57,381 bases of DNA from an uncultured Gemmatimonas sp. (GTDB lineage Bacteria > Gemmatimonadota > Gemmatimonadetes > Gemmatimonadales > Gemmatimonadaceae). Positions within the stretch are counted from its first letter, which is position 1, and each line of letters starts with the position of its first letter. Where the stretch lies: positions 1-57,381 of the forward strand of contig CAYUMN010000001.1 of assembly GCA_964445835.1 (NCBI GenBank), given 5' to 3'. The notes beneath the pieces were generated by a model that saw only the letters and a program-made list of their open reading frames with translations, ran no database searches and had not been told where the DNA came from. A program made the position numbers and the translations under genes. Shown in pieces: positions 25,716-36,609 of this stretch.

Positions 25716-28682
25716 ATGCGGCGGTTCGGCGTTCTAACGCTGGTCGCGTTTCTCTGTGTGAGCGAACCGGCGCTCGCACAATCGGCCCGAATCACGGGCA
25801 TCGTCCGATCCGGCACTGGCGACGCACCGATCGTTGCTGCTGAAGTTGAGGTGGTGAGCGCCTCCTTCCGTCGTGTGGTCTCCACTCGTGAGGACGGACG
25901 CTACACCGTTCAGGTGGAGCCTGGGACGTATCAGGTGCGCGCGAAGCGCATCGGGTTCTCCGCCGACTCTTCGAGCATCACCATCTCGGGCACCGAAACG
26001 AAGACCCTCGACTTTTCGCTCACGGCGCGTGCCTTCCAGGTCGCGGGTGTGACGGTGACGGGCTACGGCACGCAGGACGTGCGCGACCTGACGGGTTCGG
26101 TGAAGGCCGTGACGGTTGAGGACTTCAACCCGGGTCGCATCGTGAGCCCCGAGCAGCTCATCCAGGCGAAGGTGCCGGGTGTGCAGGTCGTGGACAACAA
26201 CGAGCCGGGCGGCGGCATCTCGCTGCGTATCCGCGGCGGCACCTCGGTGAACGCCTCTAATGAACCGCTCTTCGTGATTGACGGCGTGCCGCTCAATGTC
26301 GGTGGCGGTCTCTCGTCGGGACGCAATCCGCTCAACTTCCTGAATCCGGCCGACATCAAGGAGATCACCGTCCTGAAGGACGCGTCGGCCACCGCGATCT
26401 ACGGATCCCGCGGCGCGAATGGTGTGGTGATGATCACGACGCGGTCCGGCTCTTCGACAGAGCCGGCTTTTTCGTATGGCACCTCGTTCTCGTCCTCAAC
26501 GGTTGCGGCGCGCCCCGACCTTCTGAATGCGCAGCAGTTCCGCAACATCGTGACGGCGAATGTGCCGTCGAACGTCGGCCTGCTGGGCTCGGCGAACACG
26601 GACTGGTACGACCAGGTCCTGCGTTCGGCGGGCGGTGCGGAGCACAATCTCGCAGTGTCGGGCGTGCGTGACGACATGCGCTACCGGCTCTCGTTCGGCC
26701 TCCTGAATCAGGATGGCATTCTGCAGGGCACGAACGCCCAGCGCATCTCTGGCTCGGCGACCTACTCGGACGTGCTCCTGAACGACCGCCTTGAACTACG
26801 CGCGAACTTCAAGGGCACGCGCAATCACGACATCTATACCCCGGGTGGCGTGCTGGGCAACGCCGTCAGCATGGATCCGACGCAGGCGCCGATCACTGGT
26901 GGCACGTACTTCCAGTGGCTCAACCCGCTCGGTGCGAACAACCCGATCGCCGACCTGAATCAGCTCTCGGACGAGGGCACGACCTTCCGAAGCCTCGGCA
27001 ACGTGGAAGCGAAGTGGTTCTTCAGTGATTTCGTGGAAGGGCTCTCCGGCACCATGCGGACCGGCTACGACTACTCCACGTCGACGCGCACCTTTTTCTC
27101 GCCGTCGACGGCCCAGCAGGACATCGAAAGCGGCCGTAACGGCCGCATCGACCGCAACATGCCGCGTCAGTTGAACACCGTGCTCGAGCTCTTCGGCAAC
27201 TACAACCGCGAGCTCGGCTTCATGGAGTCCACGATCGACCTGACGGGTGGGTACACGTACGAAGAGCAGACCGGCGATTACGCCTCGTATTGGGCGGAGG
27301 ACCTCTCGACCGACCTGCTTGGCGCCAACGGGATCCCGCTCGCGGGCGAGGCGCAGAACAACCTGTTCGTCGAAGATTCGAAACTGATCTCGTTCTTCGG
27401 TCGCGCCAACTGGTCGATTCGCGATCGCTACCTCGTGATGGCCAGCCTTCGTCGCGACGGCTCGTCGCGCTTCGGGCCCGAGAATCAGTGGGGTGTCTTC
27501 CCGTCGCTCGCCGTGGCGTGGCGCGTGAATGAGGAGCCTTGGTTCGGGGACCGCCTGAACCTCTCCGAGCTCAAGGTTCGCCTCTCGTGGGGCGTGAATG
27601 GCAGCCAGTCGTTCGGCAACTATCTGTACGTGCCGACCTACACGCCCTCGGGCGCGCAGGCGACCTACCAGTTCGGGAACCAGTTCGTCTCGACGCTCCG
27701 CCCGAGCGCGGTCGACCCGAACATCAAGTGGGAAGAGACGAGCTCGCTGAACTTCGGCATCGACTTCGGTTTCCTGAACGACCGGATCACCGGCACGCTC
27801 GACATGTACAGCAAGGACACGCGTGACCTGATCTTCTCGGTCCCGGTGGCGGCCGGCACGGCGGTTGGCAACTTCGTGACGACGAACATCGGCTCGATGA
27901 ACAACACCGGCATCGAGCTGGGTGTCTCCGCCGTGATTCTGGACGGCGCGGGCGGTGGCTTGCGCTATGAGGCGCAGTTCGCGATCTCCTCGAACCGCAA
28001 CGAGATCACCTCGATTTCCTCAGATGCGTCGGACCGCATTCTCACCGGTGGCATTGCTGGCGGCGTTGGCAGCCGCGTCCAGGTGTTGCAGCCGGGTTCG
28101 CCGATCAACAGCTTCTACGTCTACGAGCACCGCAAGGGCACCGACGGCAAGTTCGTCGTGACGGGCGCGGACACAGCGCTGTACGTGGACCGGAACGGCG
28201 ACAACATCATCAACCAGGACGATCTCCGCGCCTACAGGAATCCGGCGCCGAGGATGATCATCGGCCACACGTCGAATCTCGGCTACGGCAAGTGGGACTT
28301 CTCGGCGACGGCGCGCGCCTATCTGGGCAACTCCGTGTATAACAACGTGGCGTCCAACCTTGGACACCTGAACGGACTGCTTGGCCCCAACCCGGCCAAC
28401 CGTCATGCGTCGATCCTCGAGACGCCGTTCCAGAACCCGCAGTACTTCTCCGACATGTATGTCGAGGACGCATCGTTCTTCCGCCTCGATAACATCTCGG
28501 CGGCGTACACCTTCCGGAACCTTATGGGTGCACGGTCGGTTCGGTTGTTCGGCACGATTCAGAACGTCTTCACCACCAGCAAGTACTCCGGTGCCGACCC
28601 GCTCGCGGGCGTGAACGGCATCGACAATAACCTGTTCCCGCTCTCGCGCACGTACACGTTCGGCGCGAACCTCGCCTTCTAA
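25716..28682 (+). CDS. susC: SusC/RagA family TonB-dependent outer-membrane transporter
   Basis: Signal peptide, carboxypeptidase-regulatory-like N-domain, RIRGGTS..NEPLFVIDGVP, VLKDASATAIYGSRGANGVVMITT, IKWEET, C-terminal Phe. Confidence 0.96.
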   Translation: MRRFGVLTLVAFLCVSEPALAQSARITGIVRSGTGDAPIVAAEVEVVSASFRRVVSTREDGRYTVQVEPGTYQVRAKRIGFSADSSSITISGTETKTLDFSLTARAFQVAGVTVTGYGTQDVRDLTGSVKAVTVEDFNPGRIVSPEQLIQAKVPGVQVVDNNEPGGGISLRIRGGTSVNASNEPLFVIDGVPLNVGGGLSSGRNPLNFLNPADIKEITVLKDASATAIYGSRGANGVVMITTRSGSSTEPAFSYGTSFSSSTVAARPDLLNAQQFRNIVTANVPSNVGLLGSANTDWYDQVLRSAGGAEHNLAVSGVRDDMRYRLSFGLLNQDGILQGTNAQRISGSATYSDVLLNDRLELRANFKGTRNHDIYTPGGVLGNAVSMDPTQAPITGGTYFQWLNPLGANNPIADLNQLSDEGTTFRSLGNVEAKWFFSDFVEGLSGTMRTGYDYSTSTRTFFSPSTAQQDIESGRNGRIDRNMPRQLNTVLELFGNYNRELGFMESTIDLTGGYTYEEQTGDYASYWAEDLSTDLLGANGIPLAGEAQNNLFVEDSKLISFFGRANWSIRDRYLVMASLRRDGSSRFGPENQWGVFPSLAVAWRVNEEPWFGDRLNLSELKVRLSWGVNGSQSFGNYLYVPTYTPSGAQATYQFGNQFVSTLRPSAVDPNIKWEETSSLNFGIDFGFLNDRITGTLDMYSKDTRDLIFSVPVAAGTAVGNFVTTNIGSMNNTGIELGVSAVILDGAGGGLRYEAQFAISSNRNEITSISSDASDRILTGGIAGGVGSRVQVLQPGSPINSFYVYEHRKGTDGKFVVTGADTALYVDRNGDNIINQDDLRAYRNPAPRMIIGHTSNLGYGKWDFSATARAYLGNSVYNNVASNLGHLNGLLGPNPANRHASILETPFQNPQYFSDMYVEDASFFRLDNISAAYTFRNLMGARSVRLFGTIQNVFTTSKYSGADPLAGVNGIDNNLFPLSRTYTFGANLAF

Positions 28683-28694
28683 CCCCACACGACC

Positions 28695-30278
28695 ATGAAT
28701 CGCTTCATTCGTTCAACTCTGGTCACCGCCGTCGCGCTCGTTGCGGGCGTGGCGTGCACCGACCCAACGGTGGCTCCGAAGTCCACCATCAACTCCGAGA
28801 CCGTCTTCTCCGAGGTCTCGGCCTATCGCTCCCTGCTCGCGAAGGTCTACGCGGGGCTCGCGGTCTCCGGCCAGCAGGGACCCGGCGGCTCGCCCGACAT
28901 CTCCGGGCTCGACGAAGGCTTCTCGCAGTACTGGCGCCTCTATTGGCAGATGCAGACGCTGCCGACCGATGACGCCGTGATCGCCTGGGGTGACCAGGCG
29001 CTGAGCGAACTCAACACGCAGCTCTGGTCTTCGTCGAACCCGTTCCTGAATGCGATGTACTATCGCGTCTACTTCCAGGTCGCGATGGCGAACGTACTGC
29101 TGCGCGAGACGTCGAATGCGAAGCTGGACGCCCGCAACGTGCCGGGTCCCGTGCGTACGGAGATCGCCACGTACCGCGCCGAGGCGCGCTTCCTGCGCGC
29201 GCTCAGCATGTACCATGGCATGGACATGTTCGGCAGCATTCCGATCGTGGATGAGAACACCACGGTGTCCTCGCCGCCGGATCAGGCAACGCGGGCGCAG
29301 GTCTACGCCTTCATCGTCAGCGAGCTCAATGCGCTCCGCAACGAATTGCCGGCTGTTGGAGCCGCCGAATACGGCCGCGTCGACCAAGGCTCGGTCGCGA
29401 TGCTCCTCGCCAAGGTCTACATGAACGCGGGCGTGTACACGGCGACGACCCGCTACACCGAAGCGATGGCCGAAGTGCAGACCATCATTTCCAGCGGCGC
29501 GTACTCGATCGACCCGAGCTACCGCCGTATGTTCACGCCGGACAACCACAACTCGCCTGAGATGATCTTCGCGATCCCGCAGGACGGGCTCCGGATGCGC
29601 AACTACGGCGGCACGACCTTTCTCATTCACGCCAATGTCGGTGGCCCGCTGAACGCGGCCAACTTCGGCGTCAACGGCGGCTGGTGGGGCCTCCGGATGC
29701 GTCCCGAGACGCGTGCGCTGTTCACTGGCGGGATCGGGGCGGGCGCCCCGGACGGTCGTGCTTCCTTCTGGGCGAACATGAACACGGTGAACATCACCAA
29801 CATGTCCGACTTCCAGGAAGGCACTGCCGCGCCCAAGTACACCAACCGGACCATCGGTGGTGTCAACGGCCAGGATCTGGAGTTCACTGATACGGACGTT
29901 CCGATGTGGCGTCTCGGTGACGTGTACCTGATGTACGCCGAGCTGCAGCGTCGCGGCGGTGGTGGCGTCGAGGCAACAGCCGTCGGCTACATCAATGCGC
30001 TGCGCCAGCGCGCCTACGGCAACGCCACGGGCAACATCGTGGCCGCCACTATGACGCTCGACTTCATTCTCGCCGAGCGTGGACGTGAACTGTACATGGA
30101 AGGACACCGCCGTCAGGACATGATTCGCTACGGGCTCTTCACCGGCGCAACGCGGGTCTGGACGTTCAAGGGTGGTCCGGCGGCCGGTACGTCGACCGCA
30201 GCCTTCCGCGATCTCTACCCGCTCCCCGCGAGCGAGCTGATTGCCAACAAGAAGCTGACCCAGAACACCGGGTACTGA
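28695..30278 (+). CDS. susD: SusD/RagB family glycan-binding lipoprotein (starch-type)
   Basis: Lipobox GVAC; LAKVYAGLAVSGQQGP, AEARFLRAL, RLGDVYLMYAE, ERGRELYMEGHRRQDMIRYG, LTQNTGY. Confidence 0.96.
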   Translation: MNRFIRSTLVTAVALVAGVACTDPTVAPKSTINSETVFSEVSAYRSLLAKVYAGLAVSGQQGPGGSPDISGLDEGFSQYWRLYWQMQTLPTDDAVIAWGDQALSELNTQLWSSSNPFLNAMYYRVYFQVAMANVLLRETSNAKLDARNVPGPVRTEIATYRAEARFLRALSMYHGMDMFGSIPIVDENTTVSSPPDQATRAQVYAFIVSELNALRNELPAVGAAEYGRVDQGSVAMLLAKVYMNAGVYTATTRYTEAMAEVQTIISSGAYSIDPSYRRMFTPDNHNSPEMIFAIPQDGLRMRNYGGTTFLIHANVGGPLNAANFGVNGGWWGLRMRPETRALFTGGIGAGAPDGRASFWANMNTVNITNMSDFQEGTAAPKYTNRTIGGVNGQDLEFTDTDVPMWRLGDVYLMYAELQRRGGGGVEATAVGYINALRQRAYGNATGNIVAATMTLDFILAERGRELYMEGHRRQDMIRYGLFTGATRVWTFKGGPAAGTSTAAFRDLYPLPASELIANKKLTQNTGY

Positions 30279-30293
30279 TCGATGTAGGTGTCG

Positions 30294-30338
30294 TACGCCC
30301 GGTCCGAGGAGGTCTCTCGGGCCGGGCGTATGCTTTTT
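30294..30338 (+). terminator. Intrinsic terminator-like hairpin after susD
   Basis: 15-bp stem TACGCCCGGTCCGAG/CTCGGGCCGGGCGTA (one G-U pair) followed by TGCTTTTT. Confidence 0.75.
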
Positions 30339-30362
30339 CCCCTTAGCAGTCCCTGAGGTCCC

Positions 30363-31934
30363 GTGCGTATATCCGTTCTTCTGCTCGGACTCGCCCTCAC
30401 GGCGAGTAGCATCGCCTGCAGCGGCGATTCCACCGGTGTCGGAACCGGGACGAACCCCAATCCGACCAATCCCACCGCGCCGACGGTCCGCCCGACGCTC
30501 CCGTCCAACTACACCGCGACCGGGCGCGCTGCCGCGGGTGATGTGGCCGTTCAGCTCTTTGAGTGGGGATGGGCCGACGTCGCGCGCGAGTGCGAACTGC
30601 GTCTCGGACCGATGGGCTATAAGGCAGCGCTCGTCTCGCCGCCGCAGGAGCATATTACCGGCGGCCCGTGGTGGACTCGCTATCAGCCCGTGAGCTACTC
30701 GCTCGCCCAGAATCGGTCGGGGACGCGTACGCAGTTCGTCGACATGGTCTCCCGGTGCGCCGCGGTCAACGTCGACATCTATGTCGATGCGGTCATCAAT
30801 CACATGACCGCCGGCAGCGGCACCGGAAGCAACGGGACCGTGTACACCAAGTACGCGTATCCCGGGCTCTACAACAGCGGGGACTTTCACTCGGCTTGTG
30901 GCATCAACGATTGGGACAACCCGGCACAGGTGCAGGACTGCGAGCTCGTCGGTCTCTCGGATCTCGCCACGGGCAGTGCCTCCGTTCAGCAAAAGATCGT
31001 CGCTTACCTCGCCGAACTCGTCGACCTCGGCGTCCGTGGCTTTCGCATTGACGCGGCCAAGCATATCCAGCCGGTGCAGCTCGACAGCATCGTCACGAAG
31101 CTCAATCGAGCGGCCGAGGCGTCGGGTGACGCGAAGCCGTACATCTTCCTCGAGATCATCGACATGGGGGGCAGTGGCGTGCGAGCGACGCAGTACTACG
31201 GCGTCGGCTTTCAGGGCGGCAGCGGCTCTGACGTCTCGGAGTTCAAGTTCCGCGGCATCGGCGACAAGTTCCAGGGCGTCGGCGGACAGAAAGTCGCCGA
31301 ACTGGCGAGCTTCTCGCCGGGCATCTGGGGACTGATCCCCACGGACAAGGGCATGTCGTTCATCCAGAATCACGACACGCAGCGCACTGGCGGGTTGCGA
31401 TGGAGTGATGGCGACATGGCCCGCATCGCCAATGTCTTCATGCTCGCTGAGCCGTACGGGTATCCGATGATCATGTCGGGCTACTCCTTCAATGCGACGT
31501 CAGGCGCCGGACGCGACGCGGGCCCGCCGCCGAATACAGGGACCCCCGCTGGACAGACCTGCACGACGGACCTCGCGACTGCACCGGTCGGCGTCTGGCT
31601 TTGCGAGCATCGCGACCCTTGGCTCGCGCAGATGATGCGCTTCCGCAAGGCAGTGATTAGCACCGCTCGCACGAACAATTGGGACAACGGCAGTCACGCC
31701 GTGGCCTTCTCGCGCGGGAATATGGGTTTCGTGATCATCAATAACGCGACCGCGCCGATTACCGTGACGATCCAGACCGGCCTCGCGGCCGGCACCTACT
31801 GCGACCTGCTCTCGGGCGGCGAAGTCGCCAGCGCCTGCGTAGGCACTTCGCATGTCGTGGCTACGGACGGTCGTTCGGAAGTCACCGTTGGCGCACGTCG
31901 CGCCGTTGTCCTGCTGCAGGGAGACCAGCTGTGA
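30363..31934 (+). CDS. GH13 alpha-amylase of the animal/actinomycete-like type, lipoprotein
   Basis: Lipobox SIAC; VQLFEW, WWTRYQPVSY, DAVINHM, CELVGLSDL, GFRIDAAKH, FIQNHD, CEHR, GTYCDLLSG. Confidence 0.93.
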   Translation: MRISVLLLGLALTASSIACSGDSTGVGTGTNPNPTNPTAPTVRPTLPSNYTATGRAAAGDVAVQLFEWGWADVARECELRLGPMGYKAALVSPPQEHITGGPWWTRYQPVSYSLAQNRSGTRTQFVDMVSRCAAVNVDIYVDAVINHMTAGSGTGSNGTVYTKYAYPGLYNSGDFHSACGINDWDNPAQVQDCELVGLSDLATGSASVQQKIVAYLAELVDLGVRGFRIDAAKHIQPVQLDSIVTKLNRAAEASGDAKPYIFLEIIDMGGSGVRATQYYGVGFQGGSGSDVSEFKFRGIGDKFQGVGGQKVAELASFSPGIWGLIPTDKGMSFIQNHDTQRTGGLRWSDGDMARIANVFMLAEPYGYPMIMSGYSFNATSGAGRDAGPPPNTGTPAGQTCTTDLATAPVGVWLCEHRDPWLAQMMRFRKAVISTARTNNWDNGSHAVAFSRGNMGFVIINNATAPITVTIQTGLAAGTYCDLLSGGEVASACVGTSHVVATDGRSEVTVGARRAVVLLQGDQL

Positions 31935-34030
31935 GGCGAATCACTCGCGTGGTTGCCGCGCTCGGCATCCTCGCGCTCATTGGCGCCACGCGGCAGGGAC
32001 CGCAGGCTCCAGAGAGGCCGCAGGCTCCGCAGCGACGGCAGGTTCCGCAGGTTCCGCAGTCTCTGACGGTCGCGTCGCCCGATGGCCGTACGGTGGTCAC
32101 GGTCGCAGCGAATAACGGCCGACTTGTGTGGTCTGCCACGCGTGACGAACGACCAGTGGTCTCTCCCTCGCGACTCGGCTTCACCTTCCGCAACGCGCCG
32201 GAGCTCGGCGCCGACGTGCAGCTCGTTGAGCAGGCGCGTCGTGAGCAGGATGAATCCTTCACGCTGCCGTGGGGCGAGGTCGCCCGCGTCCGTGATCATC
32301 ATCGTGAACTGCGGGTGAAGGTGGCGGAACGCGACGGGCTGCGTCGTGAACTCTGGATCGCTGTGCGCGTCTTCGACGACGGACTCGGCTTTCGCTACGA
32401 ACTCCCGCAGCAGCCGAACCTCGGTGAGTTCGAAATTCTGGAGGAGCTCACGGAGTTCTCCATGAGCGAGGACATGAAGGCCTGGTGGATTCCCGCGGAC
32501 GTATCATCGCCCGACCGGCAGGAGATGCTCTGGTCATCGGGGCCGGTGAGCAAGTTGCGCCTTGTGCACACTCCGCTGACGCTCCAGAGCTCAACTGGAC
32601 TGCAGGCGGTAATCCACGAAGCCGATCTCACCGACTATGCCGGCATGTATCTGCAGGGGCGCAGTGAATCGCGGACGCTCACCGCGTCGCTCGCGAAGTG
32701 GCGCGATGGCGCCGCCGTAAAAGGTCGCACTCCCTTCCGTTCGCCCTGGCGCACGCTGCAACTGGCCGATGCGGCGGAGCAGCTGGCCCCCAGCACACTG
32801 ACGTTGCGGTTGAACCCGCCGAGCCGGATCGCCGACACGCGGTGGATCACGCCGATGAAGTACAACGGCATCTGGTGGGGAATGCACGTCAACACGATGA
32901 CCTGGGGCAGCGGTCGGTTGCATGGCGCGACGACGGCGAACACGCGTGCGTACATCGACTTCGCCGCGGCCAACGGGCTTGGCGGCACGCTCGTCGAGGG
33001 ATGGAACCTCGGCTGGGACGTGGATTGGATGAAGCAGGGCGACGGTTTCAACTTCACGACGGCGTACCCGGACTATGACCTGCCGGGCATCGCCGCCTAC
33101 GCGCGTCAGAAGAACGTGGCGCTGATCGTGCATAACGAGACAGGGAGCTTCGTCGAGAACTACGAGCGGCAGCTCGACTCGGCGTTCGCGTTGTATCAGC
33201 GGCTGGGTGTGCGCGCTATCAAGACCGGGTACGTGGGAGATACGACGAATCCAGGTGGACACGCCCACCAAGGGCAGTACATGGTGCGCCATCACCGGAG
33301 AGTGATCGAGACGGCGGCGCGCCACGGGATCAGCGTCGTGATGCACGAGCCGATCAAGGACACTGGTGAGCGTCGGACCTGGCCGAACATGCTCTCGCGC
33401 GAGGGAGCACGCGGGATGGAGTTCAACGCCTGGGGCGGGGAGGGGGGCAACCCTCCCGAGCACGAGACCATTCTGTTCTTCACACGGATGCTGTCGGGGC
33501 CGATGGATTTCACCCCGGGGATCTTCAACCTCACCATCACGCGCAGTGGCAGCAATGTGCCGCGCACTCCGCAGGATTCACGGCCGCGCTCGACCCTGGC
33601 GCGTCAGCTCGCCCTGTACGTCGTGCTCTACTCGCCGGTGCAAATGGCGGCGGATCTCATTGAGAACTACGAGGGGCAGCCGGCCTTCCAATTCATCCGC
33701 GATGTGCCCACCGACTGGGACACCACGCGTGTGTTGCACGGGCGCATTGGCGATGACGTGGTCGTGGCGCGCAAGGCGAAGGGGAAGGATGAGTGGTTCA
33801 TCGGCGCCATCACCGACGAAGAGGCCCGCGAGATCACCGTGCCGCTCGACTTCCTGACGGCGGGGCGTGGGTACGTGGCGGAGATCTATCGCGATGCACC
33901 GGCAACCGACTGGATGACCAATCCGACGGCGCTCACCATCACACAGCTGCCTGTGACGCGCGGCGAGGTGCTGCGCATTGCGATGATGCGTGCGGGCGGA
34001 CAGGCGATTCGTATCCGCCCGGCCCGCTGA
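31931..34030 (+). CDS. GH97 alpha-glucosidase (SusB-like), secreted
   Basis: VRVFDDGLGFRY, SPWRTL, KYNGIWWGMH, LVEGWNLGW, HNET, KTGYV, REGARGMEFNAW, GPMDFTPG; PQA/PQV repeats after the signal peptide. Confidence 0.94.
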   Translation: MRRITRVVAALGILALIGATRQGPQAPERPQAPQRRQVPQVPQSLTVASPDGRTVVTVAANNGRLVWSATRDERPVVSPSRLGFTFRNAPELGADVQLVEQARREQDESFTLPWGEVARVRDHHRELRVKVAERDGLRRELWIAVRVFDDGLGFRYELPQQPNLGEFEILEELTEFSMSEDMKAWWIPADVSSPDRQEMLWSSGPVSKLRLVHTPLTLQSSTGLQAVIHEADLTDYAGMYLQGRSESRTLTASLAKWRDGAAVKGRTPFRSPWRTLQLADAAEQLAPSTLTLRLNPPSRIADTRWITPMKYNGIWWGMHVNTMTWGSGRLHGATTANTRAYIDFAAANGLGGTLVEGWNLGWDVDWMKQGDGFNFTTAYPDYDLPGIAAYARQKNVALIVHNETGSFVENYERQLDSAFALYQRLGVRAIKTGYVGDTTNPGGHAHQGQYMVRHHRRVIETAARHGISVVMHEPIKDTGERRTWPNMLSREGARGMEFNAWGGEGGNPPEHETILFFTRMLSGPMDFTPGIFNLTITRSGSNVPRTPQDSRPRSTLARQLALYVVLYSPVQMAADLIENYEGQPAFQFIRDVPTDWDTTRVLHGRIGDDVVVARKAKGKDEWFIGAITDEEAREITVPLDFLTAGRGYVAEIYRDAPATDWMTNPTALTITQLPVTRGEVLRIAMMRAGGQAIRIRPAR

Positions 34031-34041
34031 GCGGTGTCCGC

Positions 34042-36609
34042 GTGACGATACGTTCGCAGGATGTGCTGGAGCTCCTCGCGCCGCTCTCCGGCGTGCTCGT
34101 GGCGCTGGACAATGTGGCAGATGAAGCGTTCCGTCAGCGACTCGTGGGCGATGGAGTCGCAGTGGACCCCATCAGCGATACGGTGCTGGCACCGTGCGAC
34201 GCGCGTGTCCTGCAGGTGCATCGGGCCAAGCATGCCATCACGCTTGAGGTCCGTGGGATCGAACTCATGGTTCACGTGGGCCTCGATACTGTGAAGTTGG
34301 ACGGTGCCGGGCTCACGCCGCTCGTAACGGCGGGAGATGTCGTGAAGGCGGGACAGCCCCTTCTGCGTTTTGACACCGATCTTGTAGCGCAACGGGCCGT
34401 GAGCCTCGTGACGCCGATCGTCATTGCCAACATGGCGAGCGTGGCGTCGCTAGAGGTGGCGCAGGGCGTGATGGAGGCTGGGCGCACGGTGATGCTTCGA
34501 GTGCGGCTCGCACCGAACACGGCGCAGCGTAGCGAAGGCGGCCATGAAGACAGCAGTCGTGGGCTCGTGGTGCGTTCGCGTGCGATTCGCGTCGCGGATC
34601 CGACTGGGCTCCACGCGCGTCCCGCGGCAACGCTCGCGGCAGCGGCCAAGCGCTTTGGCGCCGACTTACGCCTCGAGAAGGGCGCACGCGAGGCGAACCT
34701 GCGGAGCGTCGTGTCGATCATGGCCCTCGAAGTCGGAGGGGGTGACTCGGTGACGATCGCCGCGCGCGGCGAAGACGCCGATGCCGCGATCGCGGCGTTG
34801 ACGGCCTTGCTGGAGCAGGCGGCGGGGAGCGCAGAGCGCGCAGCCGCGCGCACCGGCGCGACCAGCGCGACCAGCGCGACCGTGCCGGCCACGCGCTCGC
34901 TCCCCCTCACCGACGGGACACTCGTCGGCGTCGCGGCATCTCCGGGCGTCGCGCTCGGGCAAGTCGTGCACCTCCGCTACGACGATGCCGTCGCCAAGGC
35001 GCGAGCGAACGACCCCAACACAGAACGCCGTGCATTCGACGCCGCCATTGCCGCCGCGCATCTGCAGCTCGAGGCGCTCCGCTCACGTCTCACCGATGAA
35101 GGACATGGCGAGCGCGCGGCAATCTTCGCCGCGCATCAGGAGCTCTTAGAGGACCCGGAGATACTCGATCTCGCCGCTGAAGAAATGCGCGCCGGGTGGA
35201 CTGCTGCCTGGGCGTGGAAACAAGCTTTTACTCTACAAGCCGACCGACTGCGTGCACTGAAGGATCCACTCCTCGCCGCACGCGCCACGGACCTGCGCGA
35301 CGTCGGGCGCCGGCTGCTGCATCTGCTTGATGGGCGCGATGAGGGTCCGCGTGCGCTTCCCGACGACGCCATCGTGATCGCCGAGGACCTCACGCCGAGC
35401 GACACGGCGGGGCTCGATCGCACAAAGGTGCGCGGACTCTGCACTACGATGGGCAGCTCCACCTCGCACGTGGCCATTCTTGCCCGTGGGCTCGGACTCC
35501 CCGCCGTGGCCGGCATTGATGTTCGTGCCCTCGATGTTCCCGAGGGAACGCGTGTGGTCATCGATGGCGATCGCGGCACCCTGCGCGTGGCGCCCACGGC
35601 CGCCGAGGAGGCGGAGATCGTCACGCGACGCGCGCGGCAGGCGGCGCGTCGCGCCACGGCTTTTGCATCGGCCCACGAACCCGCGGTCACCCGTGATGGC
35701 GATCGCGTAGAGGTGGCGGCCAATATTGGCGATGTCCGAGAGGCGGCCACCGTGGTGACGATGGGCGGCGAAGGGGTCGGCCTGCTGCGGAGCGAGTTCG
35801 TGTTCCAGGAACGCGCCACCGAACCCACCGAAGACGAGCAGACGGCGCTCTACAGCGAAGCAGCGCGCGCGCTCGGCCCAGAGCGTCTCCTGATCATTCG
35901 CACGCTCGATGTCGGCGGCGACAAGCCGCTCGCGTACATCCCGATGGAGACCGAGGCGAATCCCTTTCTCGGCGAGCGCGGTATCCGATTCACCGCGACG
36001 CGTCCGGCGCTCTTTCGTGCGCAGGTGCGGGCGATTCTCCGCGCGTCGCGCGAGGGCAAGGTGGCGATCATGTTCCCGATGATCGCGACCATCGCCGAAT
36101 GGCGCGCTGCGAAGCGCGTCGTTGACGTGGAGCGCGCCGACCTCAAGCTCGCGCCAATTCCGGTCGGCATCATGGTGGAGACGGCCGCCGCCGCCGTGAT
36201 GGCGGAACAGTTCGCGCGTGAAGCGGACTTCCTGAGCGTCGGTACCAATGATCTCACGCAGTACACGCTGGCCATGGACCGTACCAATCCGCGCCTCGCG
36301 CCGCAGGTGGATGCTCTGCACCCCGCCGTGCTCGGACTTATCGGGATGACGGTCGAGGGCGCGCGCACGCATGGCCGGTGGGTCGGAGTGTGTGGCGCGC
36401 TGGCGGGGGATTTGAACGCCGTGCCTGTACTCCTCGGACTCGGCGTACACGAACTCAGTGTGGACGTCCCGCTCGTGCCGAGCGTCAAGGCGCGGGTCCG
36501 TGAACTCTCCATTGCCGAGTGCCGCGCAACGGCACAACTCGCGCTCCGGTGCCTCGATGGCGCTGAGGTGCGGGCCTTGGTGGCCGCACGGCATGGGGAG
36601 GCGTCGTGA
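34042..36609 (+). CDS. PTS multiphosphoryl transfer protein EIIA(Glc)-HPr-Enzyme I fusion
   Basis: EIIA: [14 protein letters not shown]. HPr: GLHARPA. EI: [48 protein letters not shown]. Start estimated at GTG 34042. Confidence 0.93.
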   Translation: MTIRSQDVLELLAPLSGVLVALDNVADEAFRQRLVGDGVAVDPISDTVLAPCDARVLQVHRAKHAITLEVRGIELMVHVGLDTVKLDGAGLTPLVTAGDVVKAGQPLLRFDTDLVAQRAVSLVTPIVIANMASVASLEVAQGVMEAGRTVMLRVRLAPNTAQRSEGGHEDSSRGLVVRSRAIRVADPTGLHARPAATLAAAAKRFGADLRLEKGAREANLRSVVSIMALEVGGGDSVTIAARGEDADAAIAALTALLEQAAGSAERAAARTGATSATSATVPATRSLPLTDGTLVGVAASPGVALGQVVHLRYDDAVAKARANDPNTERRAFDAAIAAAHLQLEALRSRLTDEGHGERAAIFAAHQELLEDPEILDLAAEEMRAGWTAAWAWKQAFTLQADRLRALKDPLLAARATDLRDVGRRLLHLLDGRDEGPRALPDDAIVIAEDLTPSDTAGLDRTKVRGLCTTMGSSTSHVAILARGLGLPAVAGIDVRALDVPEGTRVVIDGDRGTLRVAPTAAEEAEIVTRRARQAARRATAFASAHEPAVTRDGDRVEVAANIGDVREAATVVTMGGEGVGLLRSEFVFQERATEPTEDEQTALYSEAARALGPERLLIIRTLDVGGDKPLAYIPMETEANPFLGERGIRFTATRPALFRAQVRAILRASREGKVAIMFPMIATIAEWRAAKRVVDVERADLKLAPIPVGIMVETAAAAVMAEQFAREADFLSVGTNDLTQYTLAMDRTNPRLAPQVDALHPAVLGLIGMTVEGARTHGRWVGVCGALAGDLNAVPVLLGLGVHELSVDVPLVPSVKARVRELSIAECRATAQLALRCLDGAEVRALVAARHGEAS

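Noticed and set aside
28713-31373. 886-aa antisense ORF and other long shadow ORFs (e.g. 6073-7899, 21149-22804, 54227-55744)
   Set aside because: They lie opposite well-supported genes, have Arg/Gly/Ala-rich non-family sequence, and are expected from high third-position GC.
30363-31934. Eukaryote-derived or chloride-dependent amylase
   Set aside because: Animal-like GH13 amylases are known in bacteria, and the third chloride ligand position (Arg/Lys in YGxxR/K) reads Met in YGYPM.
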